A DNA stretch of 64,000 bases, taken from contig CAVPPL010000012.1 in the NCBI GenBank assembly GCA_963707295.1, forward strand, positions 488,066-552,065. The letters run 5' to 3'. A program made the position numbers and the translations under genes. The DNA is from an uncultured Planctomycetia bacterium. GTDB taxonomy: Bacteria; Planctomycetota; Planctomycetia; Pirellulales; Thermoguttaceae. Below are positions 10,453-22,575 of the stretch, in pieces. Within the stretch, counting starts at the first letter, position 1. The number at the start of each line of letters is the position of its first letter. Below the pieces are notes generated by a model. The model was not told the origin of the DNA and made no database searches. It saw nothing but the letters and a program-made list of their open reading frames with translations.

Positions 10453-10803
10453 ATGACTACCGTCGATTTTGAGCCATTGTCCGTCGCCCTGCCGTTGCGG
10501 GAAGATCCGCCGGGCGTATTCCGCGTAGGGCAAAGCCGGGTGCTTTTAGAACTGTTGCTTCGCGCCTTCCAGCGCGGCGAAAGCGCCGAGGGCATCGTCC
10601 GCTCCTATCCGACGCTTCAGCTTGCCGACGTTTATACGGTCATCGGCCGCTACTTGGCGGACCGCGCGCCTTTCGACGACTATTTACGACAGTGCGAAGA
10701 GCAAGCCTTAGCCGTGCGCCATGAAATCGAGGCGACCCAACGGCCGGCGATTGGCAAGGAGGAACTGCTCGCCCGCGCCCGCGCAAAGGGATTGATCCCG
10801 TGA
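10453..10803 (+). CDS. DUF433-like antitoxin-type protein
   Basis: ATG at 10453 within ORF 10306..10803. FRVGQSRVLLELLLRAFQRGESAEGIVRSYPTLQLADVYTVIGRYL matches the DUF433 pattern. Its stop overlaps the next gene's start (GTGA). Confidence 0.7.
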   Translation: MTTVDFEPLSVALPLREDPPGVFRVGQSRVLLELLLRAFQRGESAEGIVRSYPTLQLADVYTVIGRYLADRAPFDDYLRQCEEQALAVRHEIEATQRPAIGKEELLARARAKGLIP

Positions 10804-11150
10804 TCGCGTTCTTGGTTGATCAGAACTTCAACGAACATATCGTCGATGGTTTGAGCCGGCGTGACCCAAGTCTGAGCTTTACGTTCGTGTGCGACGTTGG
10901 CTTGGCAACAGCCCTCGATCCCATTCTTCTCCAATGGGCGGCGTTGCGCGGTTTGATACTCCTGAGCCATGACGCCAAGACCATTCCACCGGCGGCTTAT
11001 GCCCGCGTGGCGGCAGGCCAAGCGATGCCGGGCGTTTTCCTTGTGGATGACCTGATGCCGATTGGACAGGCGATCGAGGAGATATATCTCGCGGTCCACT
11101 GCCTGACTGCCGAGGAATGCAAGGACATCGTAATGTATTTCCCGCTTTGA
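10800..11150 (+). CDS. DUF5615-like (PIN-like) toxin-type protein
   Basis: MIAFLVDQNFNEHIVDGL...LILLSHDAKT is the typical DUF5615 partner of DUF433. It overlaps the upstream gene by 4 bp. Confidence 0.7.
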   Translation: MIAFLVDQNFNEHIVDGLSRRDPSLSFTFVCDVGLATALDPILLQWAALRGLILLSHDAKTIPPAAYARVAAGQAMPGVFLVDDLMPIGQAIEEIYLAVHCLTAEECKDIVMYFPL

Positions 11151-11489
11151 TAGCGGCGATCCGCGCGAGCGACAACTGAAGACTAATTTTCCTCTACAAT
11201 CAGATAAAGGCCATCGTGCTTACCAACCGAACCCAGCGCGGATTCTAGCTTGTCCATTCCATCGCCCTCAAGGACGATGCCAGCGGACCAGCCGCGCGGA
11301 ATTACTTCAATCTTTCGACGGTAAACTTCCACCTCCTTAACGATTAAATGAGTCGATGCAAAAATGCCAAGGTCGATACTCTCGTAGTTTGGGGGTTCAC
11401 ACTTGTATTTGCCCATCGCAGTAAAAACCGAGCCGACGGGGATGTCAAACTCGCACCCGTTCGTGATGACAATGGTGTCATCAATGCGA

Positions 11490-14182
<2,693 letters not shown>

Positions 14183-14215
14183 ACTGTCGTCGGCGTTGCG
14201 AATCGCTCGCCTCCT

Positions 14216-14464
14216 CTACAGGCTTTCGTGCGGACCGCCGGGTTCCTGCTGATGCACGGGATTGGGCGGAAAGTGTGGATTCATTCCGCGCTCAATCATC
14301 GCCATCCGTTCGCGGTGGCGGATAAGCGTCTTAAGGATCGCGACGATGCCGAACATCAATATGAAGACGATCGGAACGAGAAGGACGAGCGTTTCTGGAT
14401 GGCTGAAAACTTCCAGCCATCGCGAATCTGACTGCGCCGCCTGCTGTGCGAAAAGCGAGTTCAT
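14216..14464 (-). CDS. small membrane protein (82 aa)
   Basis: ATG at 14464 is preceded by GGAGG with a 7-nt spacer. It has one clear TM helix (TLVLLVPIVFILMFGIVAILKTL) followed by IRHRERMAMIERGM. Confidence 0.5.
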   Translation of the reverse strand: MNSLFAQQAAQSDSRWLEVFSHPETLVLLVPIVFILMFGIVAILKTLIRHRERMAMIERGMNPHFPPNPVHQQEPGGPHESL

Positions 14465-14599
14465 GGGGAGACCTCCGACAAGCCTACTGAAAACGTGATT
14501 CATTCTAATGCAATTCGCCGGCGAGGAATAGTTCTTGGAAACGGCGCGGCACACCACTCTGTCGAGGGGGATGCGGATCGAATGAGAACCAGTTCGGCT

Positions 14600-15559
14600 T
14601 TAACGCAGCAGTGCCGAAAGACTCAAAAACGTCATCGCGATGGAGAAAACCACTGCTCCAGCGGCTACGCGAAGGAATAGCGGCTGGAAACCGGCCAGCA
14701 GCGAGATGACCGCTTCACCGCTTTCGCGGCAGATCGAATCGAAAGCTGCCTCCAGCTTTCCGGCCTCCTCGCCCGCCACGATGGTCGCCCGATAGCCAAG
14801 TGGAAGGCTCGCGACGGCCGAGAACGCCTCGGCGATCGAATGGCCGGACTCGATGCGCTCCGCCGCGCGAAGGAAATCGGTGCGGAGTGCGACGTTTGCA
14901 GCCGAGTCGGCGGCCAGACGGATCATTTCCTCGACGCGCCGACCGCCGGTCGAATAGAGGACGTTCATTGCATGAAAGAATCGGTTCATCGTCAATTCGC
15001 GCTCAGCCGGTCCGATGACGGGCACGAGGAGCCTGACGGTATCCGCCAGCAATCGGAGCGGTGGCACGTAGAGCACAGCGGCCACGCCGGCGACAAGGAT
15101 TGCGTAGAACCTCAGCCAGTCGAGAACGTAAGCGATCGTCATCGCGCACGGCGCAATGAAGCAATAGGCGGCGGTGCAGATAACCGAGTCGGCTAGCAGC
15201 AGGCACAGCGGCGCGAACCACATGTTGCGCATGATCCTTGCCGGCTCGATGAGAAGGCGGCAGTGGCTTTCTAGGTAACGCAGCGTTTCGTCCAACCGCC
15301 CAGCCTCTTCGCCGCAGCGGAACGCGGGCAGGAAGAAGGCGGGAAAAGAGCGCGCGTGCGGCTTCAGGGCGTCGAACAGACTCATGCCGGCGGCTGCTTG
15401 CTTGGCGGCCGCCGTCAAGATTTCCCGCAGCACGGGGCTTGGCGCAGAGCGCTGGCACGTCGTGAGACTTCTGGGGATGTCCAGCCCCGCCGCGATACAC
15501 GTGGCCAGATTGCCCGAGAAGAGCGAAAGCTGCTCAAGCGTGAGCTTCCGGCGACTCAC
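14600..15559 (-). CDS. type II secretion system F (GspF/PilC) family platform protein, orphan
   Basis: Two T2SSF-like repeats (LATCIAAGLDIPRSL...GMSLFDALKPH...FRCGEEAGRLDETL and LYSTGGRRVEEMIRL...GHSIAEAF...IVAGEEAGKLEAAF) plus hydrophobic segments. The GTG start overlaps the rhuM stop (GTGA at 15556-15559). No GspE-type ATPase or pilin lies nearby. Confidence 0.8.
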   Translation of the reverse strand: MSRRKLTLEQLSLFSGNLATCIAAGLDIPRSLTTCQRSAPSPVLREILTAAAKQAAAGMSLFDALKPHARSFPAFFLPAFRCGEEAGRLDETLRYLESHCRLLIEPARIMRNMWFAPLCLLLADSVICTAAYCFIAPCAMTIAYVLDWLRFYAILVAGVAAVLYVPPLRLLADTVRLLVPVIGPAERELTMNRFFHAMNVLYSTGGRRVEEMIRLAADSAANVALRTDFLRAAERIESGHSIAEAFSAVASLPLGYRATIVAGEEAGKLEAAFDSICRESGEAVISLLAGFQPLFLRVAAGAVVFSIAMTFLSLSALLR

Positions 15560-16563
15560 GATTGTTTACCTTCCAAGCGTTTGATCTCGCGGTCGAAATC
15601 AGAGACGTATTCCAAATCTTGGCGCTTGCGGTAGACCTCGTATTCTCCTTCGGCCTTGAGTTTTGCCTCCAAGGCGCTGACCTTGCCCTTGTCTTGCAGA
15701 ATCGGATAGTTCGATAGCTCCAAGAACTGGTTCAAAAACTCGATCCAAGCGGCCATCTTCATCACGATGCCGCGCTCGGCGCGGTTCTCGGCCAGATCGA
15801 GGTAGGCGGACACAATGCGGTTGAGTTCCTTGACGTGTGCCTCGCTCAGATAGTTCTTCGCTATGGCTACGTCGGATTTCAGAATCTTGCCATCGGGAGC
15901 GTGCTTCCAGGTCGTCAGCCCCATCGCAAATTTGGTTGCGTCGGCGGAAGTATAAGTCAGCTCTGCCGCCGTTTGCCCGGTGATGGCCCAATGCAGCTTG
16001 TTCTGTACGGTGGCGAAGAAGTCCTTGGTCAGCGGCGCACAGGCGTCGTAATCGACACTGAGAGCGTAAATATCGGTGATTTTCTGGTAGAAGCGGCGTT
16101 CGCTGGCCCGGATCTCACGGATCCGCTCCAGAAGCTCGTCGAAATAGTCCTTGCCGAAGACCCGCTTGCCCTGCTTCAGCCGCTCGTCGTCCAGGACGAA
16201 GCCCTTGACGATGAATTCCCGCAAAGTTTTGGTGGCCCAGATGCGGAATTGAGTCGCTTGGTAGCTGTTGACGCGGTAGCCGACGGCGATGATGGCGTCG
16301 AGGTTGTAGAATTCCACTTCTCGGGCAACATTGCGATCACCTTCCGCCCGAACTATTTCCATTTTGGAAATAGTTGCCTCCGGCTGCAATTCGCCCGATT
16401 CATAGATATTTTTCAAATGTTTATTGACGGCCGGCACCTTGACGCCGAATAGCTCCGCCAGCGCCTTTTGCGTCAGCCAGACAGTTTCGTCTTTGAAGAA
16501 CACCTCGACCCTTACGGCACCGTTTGGTGCGGTATAGAGCAGAAACTGGTTTTGGCTGCTCAT
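15556..16563 (-). CDS. rhuM: RhuM family virulence protein
   Basis: FLLYTAPNGAVRVEVFFKDETVWLTQKALAELFGV...NLDAIIAVGYRVNSYQATQFRIWATKTLREFIVKGFVLDDERLK...RASERRFYQKITDIYALSVDYD is the characteristic RhuM sequence. The ORF is intact and preceded by GGGAGG. Confidence 0.85.
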   Translation of the reverse strand: MSSQNQFLLYTAPNGAVRVEVFFKDETVWLTQKALAELFGVKVPAVNKHLKNIYESGELQPEATISKMEIVRAEGDRNVAREVEFYNLDAIIAVGYRVNSYQATQFRIWATKTLREFIVKGFVLDDERLKQGKRVFGKDYFDELLERIREIRASERRFYQKITDIYALSVDYDACAPLTKDFFATVQNKLHWAITGQTAAELTYTSADATKFAMGLTTWKHAPDGKILKSDVAIAKNYLSEAHVKELNRIVSAYLDLAENRAERGIVMKMAAWIEFLNQFLELSNYPILQDKGKVSALEAKLKAEGEYEVYRKRQDLEYVSDFDREIKRLEGKQS

Positions 16564-16933
16564 GGTTGAAACCTCCCATAGATAGCCAATTGTACACTTG
16601 CCGAGTGCCGATTAGAATACGTTCTTGGTAGATTACCGTGAACTCCCGAGCAAACACGAGATCAGGAAGGTTCAGCATCGCCAAAGCAATTACTTTTACT
16701 CGCTCATCCGAAAACCGATTGTGGTGTCGAAACTCGATTCGGCCAGGCGACATCATCCCTGCGAGCGCATTGCCCTTGGAGTCGTCCTTGTAAGTCAACC
16801 CCTGAATACCGGCATCACGATGCTCGGTCGTTCGAGGAAAGAAAACGGCCGCCTGGTCGTTGGCAAGAAGCTTGACGACGTAGCCGCCGCTTTCGAGTTC
16901 CATGCGGATTGAGTCGAGGCCGTAGACTTGCAT
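16421..16933 (-). CDS. hypothetical protein (3' end doubtful)
   Basis: 170-aa ORF, lower in G+C, starting 27 nt after tssL. The first ~105 aa look protein-like. The tail reads through the rhuM RBS and start and overlaps rhuM by 143 nt, so the stop was probably lost to an indel. Confidence 0.4.
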   Translation of the reverse strand: MQVYGLDSIRMELESGGYVVKLLANDQAAVFFPRTTEHRDAGIQGLTYKDDSKGNALAGMMSPGRIEFRHHNRFSDERVKVIALAMLNLPDLVFAREFTVIYQERILIGTRQVYNWLSMGGFNHEQPKPVSALYRTKRCRKGRGVLQRRNCLADAKGAGGAIRRQGAGRQ

Positions 16934-16960
16934 TGTCTTTGCTTTCGACCGGCAATCTAT

Positions 16961-17614
16961 TTATGGCGTCGGATTATAAATCAGCAGCCAATAGACGATC
17001 GCCACGATTACCGCCAGCACGAGCGCGAAGAACGAGCCCCAGACGAGCATTTGCGGGCCATTGAGCGGCGGGGCGCCGGACAGCGGGGTGTTCGTCTCGG
17101 AGATTGGCGGGCGGCCCATGCCGAGGCGTATCGCCATCGCCGTTTCCCGCGTCCAGGTTTGAAGATCGCGGGGAATCTGCAAGGCCTCGGCCGCCATTGA
17201 GGCAGCGGCCGGGTCGCGATAGAGGCCGCGGAAGCCGAGCACCACGCAGACGTAGAAAGTCTCCAATGCGTCCTTTTGCGGCAACGCGAAAGCCTCCTTG
17301 GCCTTCTTGTAGAACAGATCGTAGCGGGAGTTCGTCTGGAAGATTTCCCACTCGAGCTTGTTCTCGTTCCACCAGTCGCGGTCTCGCCACGGGGCATCGC
17401 CGATCAGCATCTCATCGATCCAGGCCACCAGGGCGTACTTGGCCAATTGCCAGTCCGGCGTGCGGCCGAGTTGCGCCTCGGCGTGGTCCAACCGGCTGCG
17501 AATCCGCACACGCTCCTCCTGCGGCGAAGGGTTCTCGCCATTGCCGATCCGTTCCAAGAGATCGAGCACGTGCTGAAATACCAGATCGACGGCGGCGCTG
17601 AATTTTGGCGTCAT
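16961..17614 (-). CDS. tssL: DotU/TssL family type IV/VI secretion membrane protein
   Basis: WQLAKYALVAWIDEMLI, DLFYKKAKEA and ETFYVCVVLGFRGLY are DotU signatures, and there is a C-terminal TM helix (MLVWGSFFALVLAVIVAIVYWLLI). The ATG overlaps the tssK stop (ATGA). Confidence 0.8.
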   Translation of the reverse strand: MTPKFSAAVDLVFQHVLDLLERIGNGENPSPQEERVRIRSRLDHAEAQLGRTPDWQLAKYALVAWIDEMLIGDAPWRDRDWWNENKLEWEIFQTNSRYDLFYKKAKEAFALPQKDALETFYVCVVLGFRGLYRDPAAASMAAEALQIPRDLQTWTRETAMAIRLGMGRPPISETNTPLSGAPPLNGPQMLVWGSFFALVLAVIVAIVYWLLIYNPTP

Positions 17615-19039
17615 TTGCGCCCCCCGGATGCGGCACGGCGAACAACGCGAACTGCAAATTGACGTGCTTGCCGCCCACCGTGACGACGATGTTCCGCTCG
17701 CCTTGCAGCTTGTCGCGATTGACGATCAGGCTGTCGGTAAGCCGCATGGCCAGCGTCTGCGTTTCCAGCACGTCGCGCCAAGCGACGTTGTCGCGGCTGA
17801 CCTCGAAATAGAGCCAGTCGCGCCGCGGCGGCAAGGCCCGCGGGGCCTGTGAGAGCGGCCGGATGTGCAGGCCCTCGGCGCCGAATTGGTAAAGCGAATC
17901 GACCTGCCGCGCGCTGCCCAGCTTCCAGTTGAGCGCCGGGCCGCAAGAGCGCCAAGCAATCCTGCTCGCTCAGATTTCCGTAGAGCACACCGATGAACCA
18001 TTGCCAATCGCTCGCGAGCCACTTCGACTCGATCGTCACGCGCATGCCCTTGCCCTCCCCAACGAAGAATCGCTGCTCGTACTCGTAGTCGCGGACGCGG
18101 CCCAGCAAGAGCACGATCCAGTCCTTGATCTTGTGGAAGATCGTCGCCAGGTCGTCGTGATCGTAACGCGGGATTTCTGGCGGACGTCGTTCCTGGCTGA
18201 AGATCGAGAGGCGTCCCACGAGCCTGCACAGTTCCGCATAGGCGGTAATGGGATGGATCCCGCCGGCGAAGGCCAGCACCTGGAGCACGGAATAGGAAGC
18301 GTTCAGCTCGTTGAGCATGAAGAGGCGGTCGAGGTCGCCCGGCTCCTGGCTCACCAGCGTGATGCCGCGGTTGATCACCTGCTCGCTCAAGACTTCGATC
18401 TTTTTGCCCAGGATGTCGTAGATCGCGCGGACGACGTCGCGGCCCAGCGGGGGCCAAGCGTCGATGGCCAGCATGGGCGGGAAATAGTTGTCGTCGATGC
18501 GAGGCGCGGCCTCCTTTTCCGTCGCCCGTTGGACTTGGGCCAGCGGCAAAACTTCATAGCCGGCCATGTCCTGCGAGGAAAGCATGAGCCGCGCGTCCAA
18601 GCGGCGGAAACGAAGCTCCTGGTCGCTGCCGCCGGTGCTCTCGTCCTGGACCGATTGCACAACTTCCACGTAGCGGGACTTGGACGTTTGGCTGTCCGTA
18701 CGGACGTTGGCCGAGCCGATCTTCAGCTTCGGCACCGCCAGATAGACCTTCACGGCGGCCTCGCGCGAAGGCATCTTTCAGGTCGAGCCGGTCCAGTTCC
18801 TGGCCCGGATCGAGGGCCACGAGCGTGCCATCCTTCATGCGAGCGTGGCAAACGTTGACCTGGAACTGGTAGTTGGCGATGGCGTCGGCGCTCAGTTCCA
18901 GCCGGCGGACGCCGTACCCGTAATGGTGGTCCCAAAGCTCGGAAGTCTGCAACGTCTCGGCCCAAGACCGTTCCGCCGCCTGGAAATGCTGGGGCTGCAG
19001 GAAGAGCCCTTCGGACCAATGTACGGGCAGACTGTTCAT
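17611..19039 (-). CDS. tssK: type VI secretion baseplate subunit TssK, about 3 frameshifts as written
   Basis: The N-terminus MNSLPVHWSEGLFLQPQHFQAAER is the canonical TssK start (ATG at 19039 in ORF 18554..19096). It continues in ORF 17611..18774 and ORF 17412..17834. Frame changes lie near 18780, 17935 and in the C6 run at 17620-17625. Confidence 0.8.
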
Positions 19040-19125
19040 ATCGAGCTTCCGAGCAATACTCGCAGCGGCCCGAAATTGGGCCGTGCGCCATTCCAAGGCC
19101 AGTTTACTCGGGAGTAAAGCCTAGA

Positions 19126-22100
19126 TCAATGGGAGCGTGGCGGCGCGAAGGCCGCTCGCGCAGCCTTGCCGGCAGCTACTAGGTCAGCGACATGTGCGAC
19201 CAAGAGGGCAATGTCGTGGTCACGGTCGGATGAAGAACCCGTAGTGCCGATGGACGAAAGCGGGATGAAAAGCGATGCCGCCGACCGATTATTCACGGTC
19301 AATTGCACCAACAACGCGGCGTCGTGAACGCTCACGTTAAGTTGGGCGGTGGCCGTCGTCGCGGTCGAAGACGTCACGCTGGCGCGGGCGGGTTCGATGG
19401 AACCGCCGCACTCGAAGTGATGGCCGCCGCGACAATTGGCGCGGTGCCGGCTGAAAGGCCGCGGCCCAACCAATCGTGAGCGATCCTCCATCCGGCAACG
19501 CTGTCGGGTCGGTCACGACCAACGTCCCACCGGAGATATAGGTCCCGCCGGTGTAGCTGTTGGGACCGCCCAGCGTTGCCACGCCGGGACCGGTTTTGAC
19601 GACGCTCACGGGGCCTTCGATGCCGCCTTGGACCGTGCCCGACTGGATCGTCACCGCGCCGTCGGGCAGAATGGTCATGGTGCCCGTGGCCGTGGCGTTA
19701 GTGTAATCGTGGATGGCACTATCGACCGTAAAATCGGCCACGACTGCATAAGTGCCCGGCAAGCTCGGCACGGTCGGCGAGCCGTTGTAAGTAAAGCTGA
19801 ACGTGCCGGGAACGGGAGTCACGCCATCGATGTTGACGGCCGTCGCGCTCGCCGCTTGCGGCGCACCGGTATTACCGAACGGGCCGTCGTCGATGACGAT
19901 TGTCGGCGCGATTGGATTGATGACGATCGTCGTCGTTGCCGTCGCGTTGCCATAGCGGGAATCGCCGCTGGTGAAAGTAGCGGTAACCAGATAGGTTCCC
20001 ACGCCATACGGGGCCGCCTGGTATGGCTGGATGGCCGGCGGTACGGCAGTATAGGCGATGGTGATCACGCCGTTCAGTTTCGTGACGCCGTCCGTCGCGT
20101 AGGCCGCGGCCGAGGCCGGATGTTGCGACGGGCCGAAACTTGGATCGAACGGCCCAAAATTGAACGTTCCACCGTTAACGACAATGATCGGATGCTCTAG
20201 GACATTGAACGTCAAGACCGTGGTTGCCGATCCGGCAAAATTGGTTGCCTGGAAAGTGGCCGTGGCGGTGCCGACTTCGCTCTCCGTTGGCGAGTAGGTG
20301 ATGGTGTCGGTCGTCGGGTCGAACGACATCGTCGGCGAGCCGCTAAGCATCGAAATGCTCGGAGCGGGGTTGCCGGAGTAAACGAGCTTGTACTGGGTTG
20401 TCGAAAGGGCTTCGGCCGAGGGAGTGTTGGGGGTGTATACGCCGTTCGTGTAGAGAGTGTAGCCCGTACTGCTGGGCGGAATCGCCACCTGGGGATAAAT
20501 GTAGTCCGTCTTTGGCGAAGCGACGCCATTGCCGTCGACCGAATTCACCGCAAACGAACGATAGCCGGCGGGCACACTGAACGTATAGCTCGTTGACGTG
20601 ATGCCGCTGGCAAATGTCTCGTAGGTTGTCGTGCTGCCGTGGCTGCCCTTTCCGCCACCGTTTGGTGTTACGATTTTCTCAGTGATCGTATAGGAAGTCG
20701 CGGGCGTGAGATTCGCGTTGGCCTCCCAGGCTGCGCTCCAAGAGAGAGTGGTTGACGTGGTCGAAGCCGGCGTGGAAACAAAGTTCGTCGGAATCGTCGG
20801 ATCGGGAATCGTGACCGTTATCGTGCTACCGGAGTACTGCTGCGGATCGGACCAAGTGTAGTAGTTCGGATCGCTGCTGTTGAACGTGGCGACCGCACTG
20901 TAAGTTCCCGGAGCGAGCGGTACCGTTGACGAGCCGTTATACGTGTAAGTGAACGAGCCGGCGACGGGCGTGACGCCGTCAATTCCAACTTCCGTGGCCG
21001 TGATCGGGTGCGGTTGGCCGTCGTAGGGGAACGTTCCCCCGCCGGTGGCATTGATCGTCGGTATTGCCGGATCAATCTCAAGTTGGCCGGCGAGATAGGC
21101 GTCCACGTAGCCTGGATCGTTGCTCGTGAAATGCACGAGCAACGGATACGTGCCGGCGTTGACGGGCGGAGTCGTTGAACCGTTGTAAAGGAAAGTGAAC
21201 GATCCGTTGACGGGCGTGGCGCCGTCGGTCCCGTAGGCGAAAGCTGCGCTGGCGCTCGCCGTGCCGTCGTAGGAGAACGTATCCGCGCTATAGTAAGTGC
21301 CGTTTTGCTGGAGCGCCAAGGTCGGGTACGCGGGCAGCCCTACCGGCGGCGTGCCGACCGGAGTCGTCCAGACGTTCGTCACGGCCGAACCGGCGGCATT
21401 GGTTCCGCCAATAACGTCGATGTTCCCGTCGGCATCGATCACCGTGGCGGCGTCATAGACGGCGGAGGGCAACGGCGCGTCGGCGGTCCACACGCCCGGC
21501 GTGGCGATTCCGTTCTGGACTGTCGTCAGCACCGGGTCGAAGTTCCATACCGTGGCTACCGCGCCCTGGGCGGAGCGGCCGCCGATGATGTACGTCAAGC
21601 CGTAGGCCGCGTACAGCGCGCTGGCATCGCTCATCGCGACCGGCAACGGTGTGGCGGCGTCCCAAGTGTCGGTGGCAATCGTGTAGCGGTAGACTGCGTT
21701 TACCGGAGAGCCGCTTGAGTTCTTGCCGCCGAAGACGAAGATGTGTCCCGCGCCGTCAAAGGCTGCCGTCGTGTGCGATAGACCCTGGCCTGCCGACAGG
21801 GGCAATGGCGACATGGTCGTCCATGTGTTCGTTGCGGCATTGTAGCGCTCGACGCTTGACAGGGCCTGGTTCGAGCCGTTCAAGCCGCCGATGGCGTATA
21901 GATACTCGGACGTTCGTGGAATCGGTGTTGCCCGGCGCGGCAACGTAGGCGAAGTACGACCGCGCGGTGGACATCGGGGCGAAGGTCGATTCGCTGGTGT
22001 AATTGCTGACCGAGTTGGTTGTTTGTCCTCCGCTGACGCCGCCGAAGTTGAAGATGTCGGTGGTGGAGTCGCCATTATTGCTGGGATAGAAACCGCTTTC

Positions 22101-22454
22101 GGCCGCGCCGCCGGCGGCGCGGCTTGAGTTCAGCGATGTGGTCGTATTCCATGCCGTCGCGCCGTAAGCGAGTTGAAGAACCGCGGATGTCGCTTGCGTG
22201 CCGTGATAACCGCCGAAGAGGTCAACCGCGCTGCCGTAGGCAATCGCGGCCGCCGCCGTGGTTGCCGTCGGCAGACTCGGGCCAGCGACCCAAGGCGCCA
22301 CCGACAAGAGCCTTCGGTTTTCCAGCGATTCAATCCGCAGTTTGCGTAGGCCGAGGCCCCACGCTGCGCCGCTAGAGATCCTCGCCCGATCGCGAGTTGG
22401 TGAATAGTGACTAGAAATGCGCCGCACGTGTTGCCCGATACGCCGACATGTCAA
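19126..22454 (-). CDS. giant secreted surface protein: Kelch-like repeats, repeated Ig-like (MBG-like) modules, an Fn3-like module, and an autotransporter-associated beta-strand (PATR) repeat. At least 2 frameshifts.
   Basis: N-terminal LRKLRIESLENRRLLS motif. Kelch-like YLYAIGGLNGS...VERYNAATNTWTTMSPLP and IFVFGGKNSSG. Five or more modules with Y-D-G...G-T-Y signatures (FPYDGQPHPITATEVGIDGVTPVAGSFTYTYNGSSTVPLAPGTYSAVATF). PATR-like GPGVATLGGPNSYTGGTYISGGTLVV. ORFs 21756..22454, 19337..22075 and 19126..19491 join near 21905 and 19450. The TTG start is uncertain. Confidence 0.75.
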
Positions 22455-22575
22455 CCTCCCAAAGTAAAAGTCTTTGGTGATGAGAAAGAAGAGATGAGGT
22501 GGATTGCCCGAATTGGGTTAATATTACACGTGCCGGCAATTCTGTCAAGTAAAACTGGCTAAATGTAATTTGGCT

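Noticed and set aside
16961-19039. Calling this a type VI secretion system locus
   Set aside because: Only TssK and TssL are present. No sheath, tube, spike, TssM, TssA/E/F/G or ClpV gene lies within the window, so it is reported as an orphan pair in an unusual context instead.
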